From Rhodospirillaceae bacterium (lineage in GTDB: Bacteria > Pseudomonadota > Alphaproteobacteria > GCA-2731375): a DNA stretch of 64,000 nucleotides. Made by a program: the position numbers and the translations under genes. The stretch spans positions 1,144 through 65,143 of the forward strand of contig JABJKS010000106.1 in the NCBI GenBank assembly GCA_018660265.1, read 5' to 3'. Of the stretch, positions 9,064 to 17,825 are shown piece by piece. A model generated the notes under the pieces. That model had not been told where the DNA came from. It saw only the letters and a list, made by a program, of their open reading frames with translations, and searched no databases. The number at the start of each line of letters is the position of its first letter. Position 1 is the first letter of the stretch.

Positions 9064-10611
9064 CTACTCTCCTCTCGCGGCCGCTTCGCGGTCCCGCAGT
9101 ATTTTACGATTAACTTTGCCCGCCGGCGTCTTTGGCAACTCGTCCGCGAAGGCGACGATGCGGGGATATTCGTGACGGCTCAAATTCTCTTGAGCAAATA
9201 ATTGAAGTTCCTTGATAAAGCTGTCATCACCGTCCCGGTCGCTGATGATGAAAGCCTTGACGACGAGGCCCCGGATGTCGTCGGGAACACCGATCACGGC
9301 GGCTTCCAACACATCCGCATGTTTTAAAAGGGTATCTTCAATTTCCATTGCCGACATGGTCCAGCCGGCGGAAATGATGACGTCGTCGGCCCGCCCGCCG
9401 TGAAAAAAATAACCTTCGGCATCAATGTGCCCGCGATCCTTGGTGGGGAACCAGCCGTCCCGGCGCATGACCATGATCTCGCCCACTTCGTCCGGGGCGC
9501 AATGTTCACCCTTGGGGTTCAGAATGGCGACGTCCTGGCCGGGGATGGGCATGCCCAAAGATCCCAGTTTCGGCGGCAAATCCTCGGCCCCCGGATAACT
9601 ACCCAGCAGGACGCCAACTTCTGTTGTGCCGTAGAAACTGCACGGATACTGGCCAAACGTGGCCTTGGCCCATTCCGCCGTGTCCGTATCCATGGGTTCG
9701 CCGGTAAAGCTGACTTTTTCCAGGTTGAAGTTGTAATTGCCGGAGGTGCCGGCGTTTTTCATCATCCTGAAATGGGTTGCCGCCGCCGACAGATTGCTGA
9801 TCTCAAACTCTTCCAGGGCTGCCATCAACCGCTCCGGATCGAACTTGCCGGCATAAGAGGCCGTGGTAATGCCCAGAGCATGGGGCGACAGGGTGCCGTG
9901 CCAAAGACCATGCCCCCACGCGGTGGAGGAGGGGCACATGAAACGGTCGCCGGGCCTGGTGCCGGTGCCGTACAGGGCGGCCAGCATGACCGTGACAATG
10001 GATTGGTGGCGATGCTTCACGGCATCGGGCAATTCCCGCGTGGTGCCGGAAGTATATTGATACATCGCCATGTCACGGCCGGCGGTGGTCATTTCAAAGG
10101 CCGTATCGTAATTTTCAAGCATGGCCATGAAGTCATCATCTGCGATGGCCGTGTCGCAACCCGCATCTGCGGCCAAATCCGTCTTTTCAGGGGCCAACAG
10201 CAGGAATTTCGGCTGGCAGTCCCCAACCCGTAAACGCAACGCATCGGGGCCGAACAGGGTGAACATGGGCACCGCCACACAGCCGGCCTTCATGGCACCG
10301 TACAGGGCAATATAAAAATGCAATGACGGCTCTACCATCAGGGCAACCCGTTCGCCCGGCGCGATGTCCTGGGCGCGAAGATAGTTGGCGTAACGTCCCG
10401 ACCAGTCGGATATTTCGCCGAACGTGTAGCTTTCCGAACCACCTTCCGCCAAGGCAATCCGCACCGCCACGCGGTCCCGGGGGTGGCGTTCGATACATTC
10501 GTGGGCAATGTTCAGGGCCTCCCGATCGCCATCGAACAATTCCCAAAGTCTTTCTTTGGAACAGTGCTTTTGAGCGTCGGCGAATGAGGTGTAGTCGGTC
10601 AGCAGTGGCAT
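9064..10611 (-). CDS. AMP-dependent synthetase/ligase (acyl-CoA synthetase family)
   Basis: Contains the AMP-binding motif YTSGTTRELP (the YTSGTTG-type box) and a C-terminal PKTPAGKVNRK lysine motif. The start is placed at the ATG at 10611 (MPLLTDY). The ORF-track start at 10671 is a TTG that lies inside the operator motif. Confidence 0.8.
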   Translation of the reverse strand: MPLLTDYTSFADAQKHCSKERLWELFDGDREALNIAHECIERHPRDRVAVRIALAEGGSESYTFGEISDWSGRYANYLRAQDIAPGERVALMVEPSLHFYIALYGAMKAGCVAVPMFTLFGPDALRLRVGDCQPKFLLLAPEKTDLAADAGCDTAIADDDFMAMLENYDTAFEMTTAGRDMAMYQYTSGTTRELPDAVKHRHQSIVTVMLAALYGTGTRPGDRFMCPSSTAWGHGLWHGTLSPHALGITTASYAGKFDPERLMAALEEFEISNLSAAATHFRMMKNAGTSGNYNFNLEKVSFTGEPMDTDTAEWAKATFGQYPCSFYGTTEVGVLLGSYPGAEDLPPKLGSLGMPIPGQDVAILNPKGEHCAPDEVGEIMVMRRDGWFPTKDRGHIDAEGYFFHGGRADDVIISAGWTMSAMEIEDTLLKHADVLEAAVIGVPDDIRGLVVKAFIISDRDGDDSFIKELQLFAQENLSRHEYPRIVAFADELPKTPAGKVNRKILRDREAAARGE

Positions 10612-10663
10612 GGTGGGAACCCGAGTTGCGGCGAAGACAGAGAATTTTAGGATATCTCCAATA

Positions 10664-10698
10664 ATTGTCAATACGCAATAATATTGTCTATAGACAAT
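10664..10698. promoter_or_regulatory. Operator-like 35-bp motif, site 1: ATTGTCAATACGCAATAATATTGTCTATAGACAAT
   Basis: It contains an 18-bp perfect palindrome, TATTGTCTATAGACAATA. The site is centred in the divergent intergenic region between the CoA ligase and the thioesterase genes. It matches 40952-40986 at 30 of 35 positions. Confidence 0.6.
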
Positions 10699-10767
10699 AA
10701 CCGTGCTTGCTTTACCTCGAAACGAAGGGTGGTAACAAAGCCGTCCATAGCGTGCTATGAGAGGGGT

Positions 10768-11715
10768 ATGAACTTACAAGCGCCAGACCTGCCCGGTGAT
10801 ATCACCAGCGACATCCCAGATGGTTTCCAGCCTTTTGTCCACAATGGGCGTTTCGCGGATTGCATTGGTCCGTTCTATGCCAAAGCACTGCCAGAAGGCG
10901 GCTTTCGCTATCTTTTCAAAACAGCCGCCATGCACGCCAATCCCAATGACGTTACCCATGGTGGTGCGTTGTACAGTTTTGCCGATCACATAACCGGACA
11001 TGCCGTCGTCAACGCTACGCACCGGGGTTGCGCCACGATCAAGTTCAAGGTGGAATACCTCTCTCCCGTACCTCTTGGGACCTTGGTCGAAGGGACGGTC
11101 GAATTGGTCCGCATCACCCGCACCATGGCGTTCTTGCGTCTGCGCCTGTTTGCAGGCGATCTAACCCTGATGACCGCCGATGGTGCCTATAAATTGTTCG
11201 CGCCATTTGATCCGGCCATGTTTGATCCCCTAAATCCGGGCCTGGGCAAAGAGGAACCGGCGCAAGGTACGGAAGTGCTGCCAGAGTTGCCGGAGGGATT
11301 TCAACCCTTTCCCAGCCAGGGAAGTTTCCCCGCCTTATGCGGGCCGACCCATTATCGCCGGGACAAAGACGGCGGCTTCATGAACGGCTTTCAGGCCCGG
11401 CAGATGCATGACAACACCAACAACATTGTCCATGGCGGGGTGCTGTTTACCTTCGCCGATGATATTATGGGCCGGGCCAGCTCGGGCATAACACGGCGCA
11501 TGTCCACGACCATTGCCCTGAATGTGGAATATCTGGCGCCGGCACCCCTTGATGCCTGGATCGAAGGCGCCACGGAAATCACCTATATGGATGATCGCTT
11601 TGCCTTTGTCCGCAGTCGCATCTTTCACGGCGACCGCATTCTTCTGACCGCCGATGGCGTCTGGCGCCTGTTACAACCACATAGTTATTCAAAAAAGACG
11701 GAGGCTGCGAAATGA
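10768..11715 (+). CDS. Tandem double PaaI/4HBT-type hot-dog thioesterase
   Basis: Two repeats of the PaaI-like motif (NPNDVTHGGALYSFADHITGHA and NTNNIVHGGVLFTFADDIMGRA). The start is chosen at ATG 10768 with the RBS gagagggg. Confidence 0.65.
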   Translation: MNLQAPDLPGDITSDIPDGFQPFVHNGRFADCIGPFYAKALPEGGFRYLFKTAAMHANPNDVTHGGALYSFADHITGHAVVNATHRGCATIKFKVEYLSPVPLGTLVEGTVELVRITRTMAFLRLRLFAGDLTLMTADGAYKLFAPFDPAMFDPLNPGLGKEEPAQGTEVLPELPEGFQPFPSQGSFPALCGPTHYRRDKDGGFMNGFQARQMHDNTNNIVHGGVLFTFADDIMGRASSGITRRMSTTIALNVEYLAPAPLDAWIEGATEITYMDDRFAFVRSRIFHGDRILLTADGVWRLLQPHSYSKKTEAAK

Positions 11716-12596
11716 GTGTTCCCATCAGTCAGCAGACAATTGGTGCGGCCAGGGTCACAAGGGTGGAGGAGATGGCCGGCCCGGGATTTCGCCTTTCCAC
11801 CATTTTTCCCGACTGGGACGCGGCTGTGTTTGAAGAGCATAAGGACTGGCTGGTGCCCACATATGTCAATCCGGAGAAGATGACCGCCCTGTTGAATATG
11901 CATTCCTGGGTCGTCGAACATAATGGCTTGACCGTGCTGATCGATACCTGTGTCGGCAACGACAAGGACCGCATGCCGGCGGAAAACTGGACCAACAATC
12001 AAGGCCCCTACTTGGAACGCCTGGCGGAGGCGGGATTTCAGCCTGAGGACATTGACATGGTCATGTGCACACATCTGCACGTGGATCATGTGGGTTGGAA
12101 CACAAAGCTGCTGGATGGCCGTTGGGTGCCGACCTTTCCCAATGCCAAGTATCTTTTTTCCCGGGCTGATTTTGAGCATTATCAAGCCCATGCGGAAGAG
12201 GATATGGATCGTTTAAGCTTTGTGGATTCCGTGCTGCCCATCGTCGAACACGGTCTGGCGGAAATGACCGAGGGGGATCATCTTCTGGCGGAAGGCCTGT
12301 TGCTGGAACCGGCACCGGGACATACACCGGGCCATATCACCCTAAAATTGGAATCGGGCGCGGATGCCGCGATTTTCACGGGCGATATTCTGCATCATCC
12401 CTTGCAAGTCTATCATCCCGAATGGAACAGTCGTTTTTGTATTTTGCCGGATGAAGCGCGAACGTCCCGGCGGCGGGTGCTGGATTTTTGCGCTGATCGT
12501 GGTGCCTTGTTGATGCCGGCGCATTTCGGTGCGCCCCATTGCTGCCACATTGACAGGGCAGGGGAAGCCTATAGCCTGCGTTGGCATCACGGTTAG
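11712..12596 (+). CDS. MBL-fold metallo-hydrolase (metallo-beta-lactamase superfamily)
   Basis: Contains the HxHxDH motif CTHLHVDHVG and the downstream His/Asp ligands. It overlaps the thioesterase stop by 4 nt (atga), so the two are likely co-transcribed. Confidence 0.7.
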   Translation: MSVPISQQTIGAARVTRVEEMAGPGFRLSTIFPDWDAAVFEEHKDWLVPTYVNPEKMTALLNMHSWVVEHNGLTVLIDTCVGNDKDRMPAENWTNNQGPYLERLAEAGFQPEDIDMVMCTHLHVDHVGWNTKLLDGRWVPTFPNAKYLFSRADFEHYQAHAEEDMDRLSFVDSVLPIVEHGLAEMTEGDHLLAEGLLLEPAPGHTPGHITLKLESGADAAIFTGDILHHPLQVYHPEWNSRFCILPDEARTSRRRVLDFCADRGALLMPAHFGAPHCCHIDRAGEAYSLRWHHG

Positions 12597-12702
12597 GTGC
12601 CATAATTTTGACGCCACCAATTTGATACCGCAATTAGGTGATCACGATCACACCATCTTGTATGGTTACGGGTTAGTACTTGGTCGAAACCGGAGATTAA
12701 CC

Positions 12703-13251
12703 ATGTACAATACTTTCCGCGCCCCTATCGTGGCGCTTTGCCTTGCCTTCGCTTTCCTGTTTGCCGGCCCTGCCCAATCCGGCCAGGTTGATGCCAGCGA
12801 TATCATTTTCAAGGAGGTGGAGAAGCGCCTGATTGAGGAATATTACGCGTCGCGACGGGCACCAGATAGTCGCTACGAACGTCATCATGACGACGAAGAC
12901 GGCGAACGCCATAGAGATAAGCATGGCAAGTCGGGCAAGTCGGGCAAGCACGGCAAGCACGAAAAATACGGCAAAAAACATCACGGTAAAAATAAGAAAA
13001 ACAAGCATGGCAAACACGGCCTGCCCCCTGGTCTTTCGAAACGACATGGCCTGCCCCCCGGCCTGGCGAAACGCAAACGCCTGCCCCCCGGCCTGGCCAA
13101 GCGTGATCTGCCGCATGATCTGAACGATGTGCTGCCCAGCCCGTCACGCGGGACGGAGCGTGTTGTCATTGACAACAATGTTGTGCTTATACAAAAGGCG
13201 ACGGGGATCGTACTGGATATCTTGTTGGATGCTGTCGCGGATGCCAACTAG
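12703..13251 (+). CDS. Secreted His/Lys-rich low-complexity protein with three HGLPPGLAKR-like repeats
   Basis: The ATG at 12703 has the RBS ggag 9 nt upstream. A signal peptide (MYNTFRAPIVALCLAFAFLFAGPAQS) is followed by a KHGKSGKSGKHGKHEKYGKKHHGKNKKNKHGKHG block, then three LPPGL(S/A)KR repeats. There is no recognisable enzymatic motif. Confidence 0.5.
   Translation: MYNTFRAPIVALCLAFAFLFAGPAQSGQVDASDIIFKEVEKRLIEEYYASRRAPDSRYERHHDDEDGERHRDKHGKSGKSGKHGKHEKYGKKHHGKNKKNKHGKHGLPPGLSKRHGLPPGLAKRKRLPPGLAKRDLPHDLNDVLPSPSRGTERVVIDNNVVLIQKATGIVLDILLDAVADAN
13015..13104 (+). repeat. 3 x 30-bp in-frame tandem repeat (cctgcccccYggYcTKKcgaaacgN) encoding the LPPGLAKR repeats
   Basis: The units at 13015-13044, 13045-13074 and 13075-13104 are visibly near-identical. 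A shorter ggcaagtcg / ggcaagcac triplet repeat lies at 12922-12960. Confidence 0.7.
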
Positions 13252-13287
13252 GCGCGACAATTATATTGCAAAGGAAAGATTGAGATA

Positions 13288-13557
13288 ATGACTGGCAAAT
13301 GGAAGGGCTTGGCTGCCCTGGTTATCGCGCTGCCGCTTTTGACGGGCTGTTTTGAAGACAGCAAGGCCGAAATTCTGGCAAAAACCGAAGGTGTCTCCGA
13401 CAAGTCTGCCCTGACGGACGCTTTGGGCAAACCGGACGATATCTCAAAAGTCGGGCCATTGGAGACCTGGACCTATAATGCCTCCAACGGCACTGTGGCT
13501 TTTGTTATTGCAGGCTCTACCGTGACCTTGCGCACGACGGGCGACAAGGCAGAATAA
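13288..13557 (+). CDS. Small lipoprotein (89 aa)
   Basis: A signal peptide with the lipobox LLTGC (MTGKWKGLAALVIALPLLTGC). Confidence 0.5.
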   Translation: MTGKWKGLAALVIALPLLTGCFEDSKAEILAKTEGVSDKSALTDALGKPDDISKVGPLETWTYNASNGTVAFVIAGSTVTLRTTGDKAE

Positions 13558-13571
13558 ACTGGTTCCGGTCG

Positions 13572-13997
13572 ATGGCTGATCTATTTGATCTTCCAGGATC
13601 GCTTGGTGCCTATGCCCTGCTGATACAACTTCCCCGATCGCTGACACTGCCCATACCGCGGCTGCAAAGTCCGACCCTTGCTCCTGGCCTGTACGTCTAT
13701 TGCGGTAGTGCCCGGGGGCCGGGCGGGTTGGCGGCCCGGGTTGGACGGCATCTTCGTGCAGAGAAACCCATCCGTTGGCATGTCGATCATCTGACCACCG
13801 GGGGAGAAAACGCGGGCCGGGTGCTGGATGTCCTTTGTCTGCCCGATGGTGATGAATGCGAATTGGTCGGGCAGTTGGGGGCCATGTCCGGGGTGGCTGT
13901 CCCGGTGCCGGGCTTTGGCAGCAGCGATTGCCGTCAATGCCGGTCTCATTTACTTTCGGTGCCAACAGGATTTATCCTGCCAACTCATTCCTTTTAA
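13572..13997 (+). CDS. DUF123-like (GIY-YIG superfamily-like) protein of unknown function
   Basis: From memory, the DUF123 signature is YxYVGSA...RIxRHL...xxxHWHIDYL. The motif block GLYVYCGSARGPGGLAARVGRHLRAEKPIRWHVDHL matches it. Confidence 0.45.
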   Translation: MADLFDLPGSLGAYALLIQLPRSLTLPIPRLQSPTLAPGLYVYCGSARGPGGLAARVGRHLRAEKPIRWHVDHLTTGGENAGRVLDVLCLPDGDECELVGQLGAMSGVAVPVPGFGSSDCRQCRSHLLSVPTGFILPTHSF

Positions 13998-14032
13998 GTT
14001 CCCGGTGATTTTTCTGTGATAAGGCCGCAGCC

Positions 14033-15034
14033 ATGACGCTCACCAGATTTCCACGCGTGCCCCTGGGGCATTTCCCAACACCGCTTGAATACCTGCCACG
14101 GTTGACCGCGCAACTGGGTGGCCCGCGCATTCTGGTGAAGCGGGATGATTGTACCGGCCTGGCCCTGGGCGGCAACAAGACCCGCAAGTTGGAATTCCTG
14201 ATGGCTGAGGCGGCGGCCCAGGGCGCAGATACAGTGCTGACCACAGGCGGTGTGCAGTCCAACCATGTGCGCCAGACTGCGGCCGCCTGCGCCAGGGCCG
14301 GGCTGTCATGTCATCTGGTATTAGCCCGCGCCGTAGCATGGGATGACCCGGCGTATGAAACCTCCGGCAATGTGCAATTGGATCATCTGCTTGGTGCGCA
14401 GGTGCATCTGCTGCCCCCTGGCACGGATCGCGATGGGGCCCTGCGGCGCATGGCAAGTGCGCTAAAGAAGAGCGGCAGAACGCCTTATGTCATACCCAGC
14501 GGCGGCTCCAACGCCACTGGCGCATTGGGCTATGTCGCCTGCGCTGAGGAGTTGGAAGCCCAGGCCGACACGGATGGTGAACGGATCGATTATTTGGTCC
14601 ACGCCACGGGTAGTGGCGGTACCCAAGCCGGGCTGATCGCCGGTTTTCAGGCAATCGCCAGTCAGACCGGGGTTCTTGGTGTCGATATCACGGCGCATGC
14701 AGCGGACCTTCGCGGCAAAGTATCGGCTATTGCCAAGGATACCCTGGCACGACTGGGCGGCGGCGACAGATTTTCCAAGGATGCTTTGCAGATTGTCGAA
14801 GGCTACGCCGGCGGCGCCTATGGTATGCCGACAGAGGAAATGCGCGCCGCCGTCCGCCTTGTCGCGCGATTGGAAGGGTTGATCCTGGATCCGGTCTATG
14901 CCGGCAAGGCTATGGCCGGCCTGATTGACCTGGTGGCGAAAGGGCGCTTCAAGGACGATCAGACCGTTGTCTTTCTGCATACTGGTGGAATGCCGGGGCT
15001 GTTTGCCTACAACGACTATTTTCAAGAAAAATGA
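14033..15034 (+). CDS. dcyD: PLP-dependent D-cysteine desulfhydrase / ACC deaminase family enzyme
   Basis: Contains the GGNKTRKLEFL lysine motif that is diagnostic of the ACC-deaminase / D-cysteine desulfhydrase fold. 333 aa. Confidence 0.8.
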   Translation: MTLTRFPRVPLGHFPTPLEYLPRLTAQLGGPRILVKRDDCTGLALGGNKTRKLEFLMAEAAAQGADTVLTTGGVQSNHVRQTAAACARAGLSCHLVLARAVAWDDPAYETSGNVQLDHLLGAQVHLLPPGTDRDGALRRMASALKKSGRTPYVIPSGGSNATGALGYVACAEELEAQADTDGERIDYLVHATGSGGTQAGLIAGFQAIASQTGVLGVDITAHAADLRGKVSAIAKDTLARLGGGDRFSKDALQIVEGYAGGAYGMPTEEMRAAVRLVARLEGLILDPVYAGKAMAGLIDLVAKGRFKDDQTVVFLHTGGMPGLFAYNDYFQEK

Positions 15035-15043
15035 ACCAGGACG

Positions 15044-15835
15044 CTAATCGATGGCGGTAAAGCCGCCGTCGACCACCACTTCCGAGCCGGTCATAAAGCT
15101 GGAAGCCTCGGAAGCCAGGAACAAAATGGCGTTGGCTATATCAATGGCTTGACCCATTCGTCCAATGGGATGCATATCACGCATTTTGTCCAGGACCACC
15201 TGTTGGCGCGCCTCATCGTGGTGGGCGATCATGTCGCGCACCATGGGCGTATCAATGGCACCGGGGTGGACCGAATTGACCCGCACGTTATAGCCGTAGT
15301 GCGCCGCCTCCGCCGCCGCCGCTTTCGTTATCAAACGCACGCCGCCCTTTGATGCCACATAGGCCGATTGCCGAACGAACCCTTTGATACCGGCGATAGA
15401 GGATATGTTGATGATGGAGCCGCCGCCCGCCGCCCGCATCGCAGGCATGGCATATTTCATGCCGAGAAAAACCCCTTCCAGGTTCACGGCGATAATTTTT
15501 TTAAAATCGGAAAGACTGGTGTCCTCTATTTTCGCGGTCATTTCAATGCCCGCCGCATTAACCAGAATATGCACGCCGCCAAATTTTTGTAACGTATCGT
15601 TGACAGCGGCTTCCCATGATGCTTCCTGGATAACATCCAGGGCGATGGGCATGGCTTGGCCGCCTGCGGCCTCGATCGCCGCGGCGTTTTCCTTTGCCAC
15701 CCCTTCGTTGATGTCGGCCACGGCCACCTTTGCCCCATGCGCAGCCAGCAATCTGGCGGTCTCCGCGCCAATGCCGGAGGCACCACCCGTTACCAAAGCC
15801 ACCTTTCCACTCACATCATAAACGCTGCCTGCCAT
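15044..15835 (-). CDS. SDR family NAD(P)-dependent oxidoreductase
   Basis: Has the TGGASGIG cofactor motif, NAAG and the YxxxK catalytic signature (YVASKGG). The start is taken at MAGSVYD. Confidence 0.8.
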   Translation of the reverse strand: MAGSVYDVSGKVALVTGGASGIGAETARLLAAHGAKVAVADINEGVAKENAAAIEAAGGQAMPIALDVIQEASWEAAVNDTLQKFGGVHILVNAAGIEMTAKIEDTSLSDFKKIIAVNLEGVFLGMKYAMPAMRAAGGGSIINISSIAGIKGFVRQSAYVASKGGVRLITKAAAAEAAHYGYNVRVNSVHPGAIDTPMVRDMIAHHDEARQQVVLDKMRDMHPIGRMGQAIDIANAILFLASEASSFMTGSEVVVDGGFTAID

Positions 15836-15994
15836 TCTACCGTTCCATTTCCTATTTGTTACAAAACCCATGAATTCTTATAGCCAATTGCCTACGGCGT
15901 TGTCTCGAATGGAAAAATGCAATCACGCGGTGGTTGCCTTGGTTGATCCAGTCCATTACGGTGACGGCGAATTATAACGAAATGGGAGGCTACA

Positions 15995-17077
15995 ATGAAA
16001 AAATTCGACATGTTTAAGCCTGTCGTTGCAGGGATGATCGCGGGGGCCATGGCCCTTGGTCTAGCGGTTGCACCGGCATCGGCTGAAATGCAGAAAAAGG
16101 AATTCAAGGTTGTTGGAACCTGGGGTTTCCTGGACCATTGGAAAGAGCGTGAAGGTCCGTTTTGGAAAGAGCGTCTGCCTAAGTTGTCGGGCGGCAAGTT
16201 GACCGCCAACGCCAAGTCGCAGACCGAACTAGGTCTTTCCGGCTTTGAAATCATGCGTCTGTTGAAACTCGGCGTGTACGATGCCGTGCATGGCGTGACC
16301 GGTTATGTGGCGCAGGACAGCCCCGCCATTGAAGGCGCTGATCTGTCTGGTGTGATCCAGGATCTGTCCATCTATCGCAAGGCCAACGAGGCCTATCGTC
16401 ACATTATGGCCCGTGAATTTGAAGAAAAATACGGTGCCAAATTGCTGATGATCTATGCCTGGCCCAGTCAACAACTGTGGTGCAACCTTGGCGACAAGAG
16501 CAACAAAAATGTTAGCTTGAAAGACCTAAAGGGTAAGAAAATCCGTACCTACAGCACCACGCTGGGTGATTTCATTGAAGGCATTGGCGGCTCCGCCGTG
16601 ACCATTGCCTTTGCCGAGGTCGTGCCAGCGCTGCAAAAAGGCGTGGCCGATTGCGGCATCACCGGTACCCTGCCGGCATATAACGCCAAGTGGTATCAGG
16701 TAGTGACCCACAATATCCGGGTTCGCCTGGGTTATGCCTCTTCCTTCCTGGCCATGAATACAAAGGTCTGGAACGGCCTAGATGCAGAAACAAAAGCTCT
16801 GCTGAAAAAAGAATTGGCCATTCTGGAAGAAGAGATGTGGGTGGCCACGGCGAAGAACGACGAACGGGGCATGAATTGCAATGCCGCTGGTCCTTGTGAC
16901 GGCCCTACTGGTGGCATGGTTCCCGTGGAACCGAGTATGGCTGACAAGGCCCAATTGAAAGACGTCGTGGAAAACTTCGTCCTGAAGCGTTGGGCCAAAC
17001 GTTGTGGCACGCAGAAATGCCTCGACGAATGGAATGCGACCATCGGAAAAATTTCCGGCATGAAGGCTGCCATGTAA
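15995..17077 (+). CDS. dctP: TRAP transporter substrate-binding protein (DctP family)
   Basis: A 360 aa protein with a signal peptide and a DctP-like fold. DctQ and DctM genes follow. Confidence 0.7.
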   Translation: MKKFDMFKPVVAGMIAGAMALGLAVAPASAEMQKKEFKVVGTWGFLDHWKEREGPFWKERLPKLSGGKLTANAKSQTELGLSGFEIMRLLKLGVYDAVHGVTGYVAQDSPAIEGADLSGVIQDLSIYRKANEAYRHIMAREFEEKYGAKLLMIYAWPSQQLWCNLGDKSNKNVSLKDLKGKKIRTYSTTLGDFIEGIGGSAVTIAFAEVVPALQKGVADCGITGTLPAYNAKWYQVVTHNIRVRLGYASSFLAMNTKVWNGLDAETKALLKKELAILEEEMWVATAKNDERGMNCNAAGPCDGPTGGMVPVEPSMADKAQLKDVVENFVLKRWAKRCGTQKCLDEWNATIGKISGMKAAM

Positions 17078-17089
17078 TTTCCGACACTA

Positions 17090-17121
17090 GACGAACAAGT
17101 TGGCGCCGCGTTTTAAACCGC
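17090..17121 (+). terminator. Intercistronic stem-loop between dctP and dctQ (ttggcgccgcg-loop-cgcggcgccaa followed by tttcg), a possible partial terminator or attenuator
   Basis: A perfect 11-bp inverted repeat with a U-tract. Such structures after the binding-protein gene are typical of TRAP and ABC operons. Confidence 0.5.
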
Positions 17122-17209
17122 GCGGCGCCAATTTCGTAATCCCCGGGCTATTGTTGTATGAAGCCCTATAACAGGGGTCTCCATGATGCCTGGGTCAAGG
17201 ATATAGATT

Positions 17210-17821
17210 ATGTTAGCCAATATTCACAATCGCCTGGAAATTGTGTCCCGTTGGGCCGTCTGGGTGGGCGGTGCGGCGCTGATGGCTGCGGCGCTCATGG
17301 TTACCGTTGATGTTTTAGCTCGCAAATTTGTCGGGATAACCATGAGCGGTTCGGATGAATATTCAGGCTATGTATTTTCCGCGACGACAACCTGGGCTTA
17401 TTCATTTTGTTTATTGCATCGTTCCAACGTGCGGATCGATGCGTTTTATAGCTTGTTGCCCAAGCCGGTTGCCGCCTGTCTTGATGTCGTCGGCTGCATC
17501 CTGTTGTTCTATTACATGTCAGTCATGACTTATTACGCCGGCATATCCTTTGGCAATTCCTGGCAAAGCAATTCCGTATCGATCACCACACTCGGTACGC
17601 CGCAGTGGATCCCACAATTATTCTGGTTTGCCGGATTGCTGCTGTTTTTGATTACTTTGGTATTTGTAACGCTTTACGCCACCCTCAGTCTGTTTCAGCG
17701 CAATTGGGAGCTCGTTGCAAAGCTCATTGGCGTGCCCTCCATCGCAGAAGTTATGGAAGAAGAAACACATGGCCAGGACGTGGTCCTGGCAACTGGCGAC
17801 GGCGCCGAGGGGACGAGATAA
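17210..17821 (+). CDS. dctQ: TRAP transporter small permease (DctQ family)
   Basis: A 203 aa protein with four predicted transmembrane segments, positioned between dctP and dctM. Confidence 0.7.
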   Translation: MLANIHNRLEIVSRWAVWVGGAALMAAALMVTVDVLARKFVGITMSGSDEYSGYVFSATTTWAYSFCLLHRSNVRIDAFYSLLPKPVAACLDVVGCILLFYYMSVMTYYAGISFGNSWQSNSVSITTLGTPQWIPQLFWFAGLLLFLITLVFVTLYATLSLFQRNWELVAKLIGVPSIAEVMEEETHGQDVVLATGDGAEGTR

Positions 17822-17825
17822 GACG

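Noticed and set aside
9400-10233. 277 aa plus-strand ORF
   Set aside because: Antisense to the AMP-ligase gene. This is a typical long spurious ORF of high-GC DNA.
10671-10767. ORF-track extended starts: a TTG at 10671 for the ligase and an ATG at 10684 for the thioesterase, both beginning inside the operator palindrome
   Set aside because: Internal ATG starts with better RBS context (10611 and 10768) leave the conserved operator motif intergenic, which is far more plausible.
15872-15994. Weak resemblance (TTGTC ... GCAAT) to the operator motif upstream of dctP
   Set aside because: Only the short half-site elements match. The palindromic core TTGTCTATAGACAA is absent, so it is not counted as a third site.
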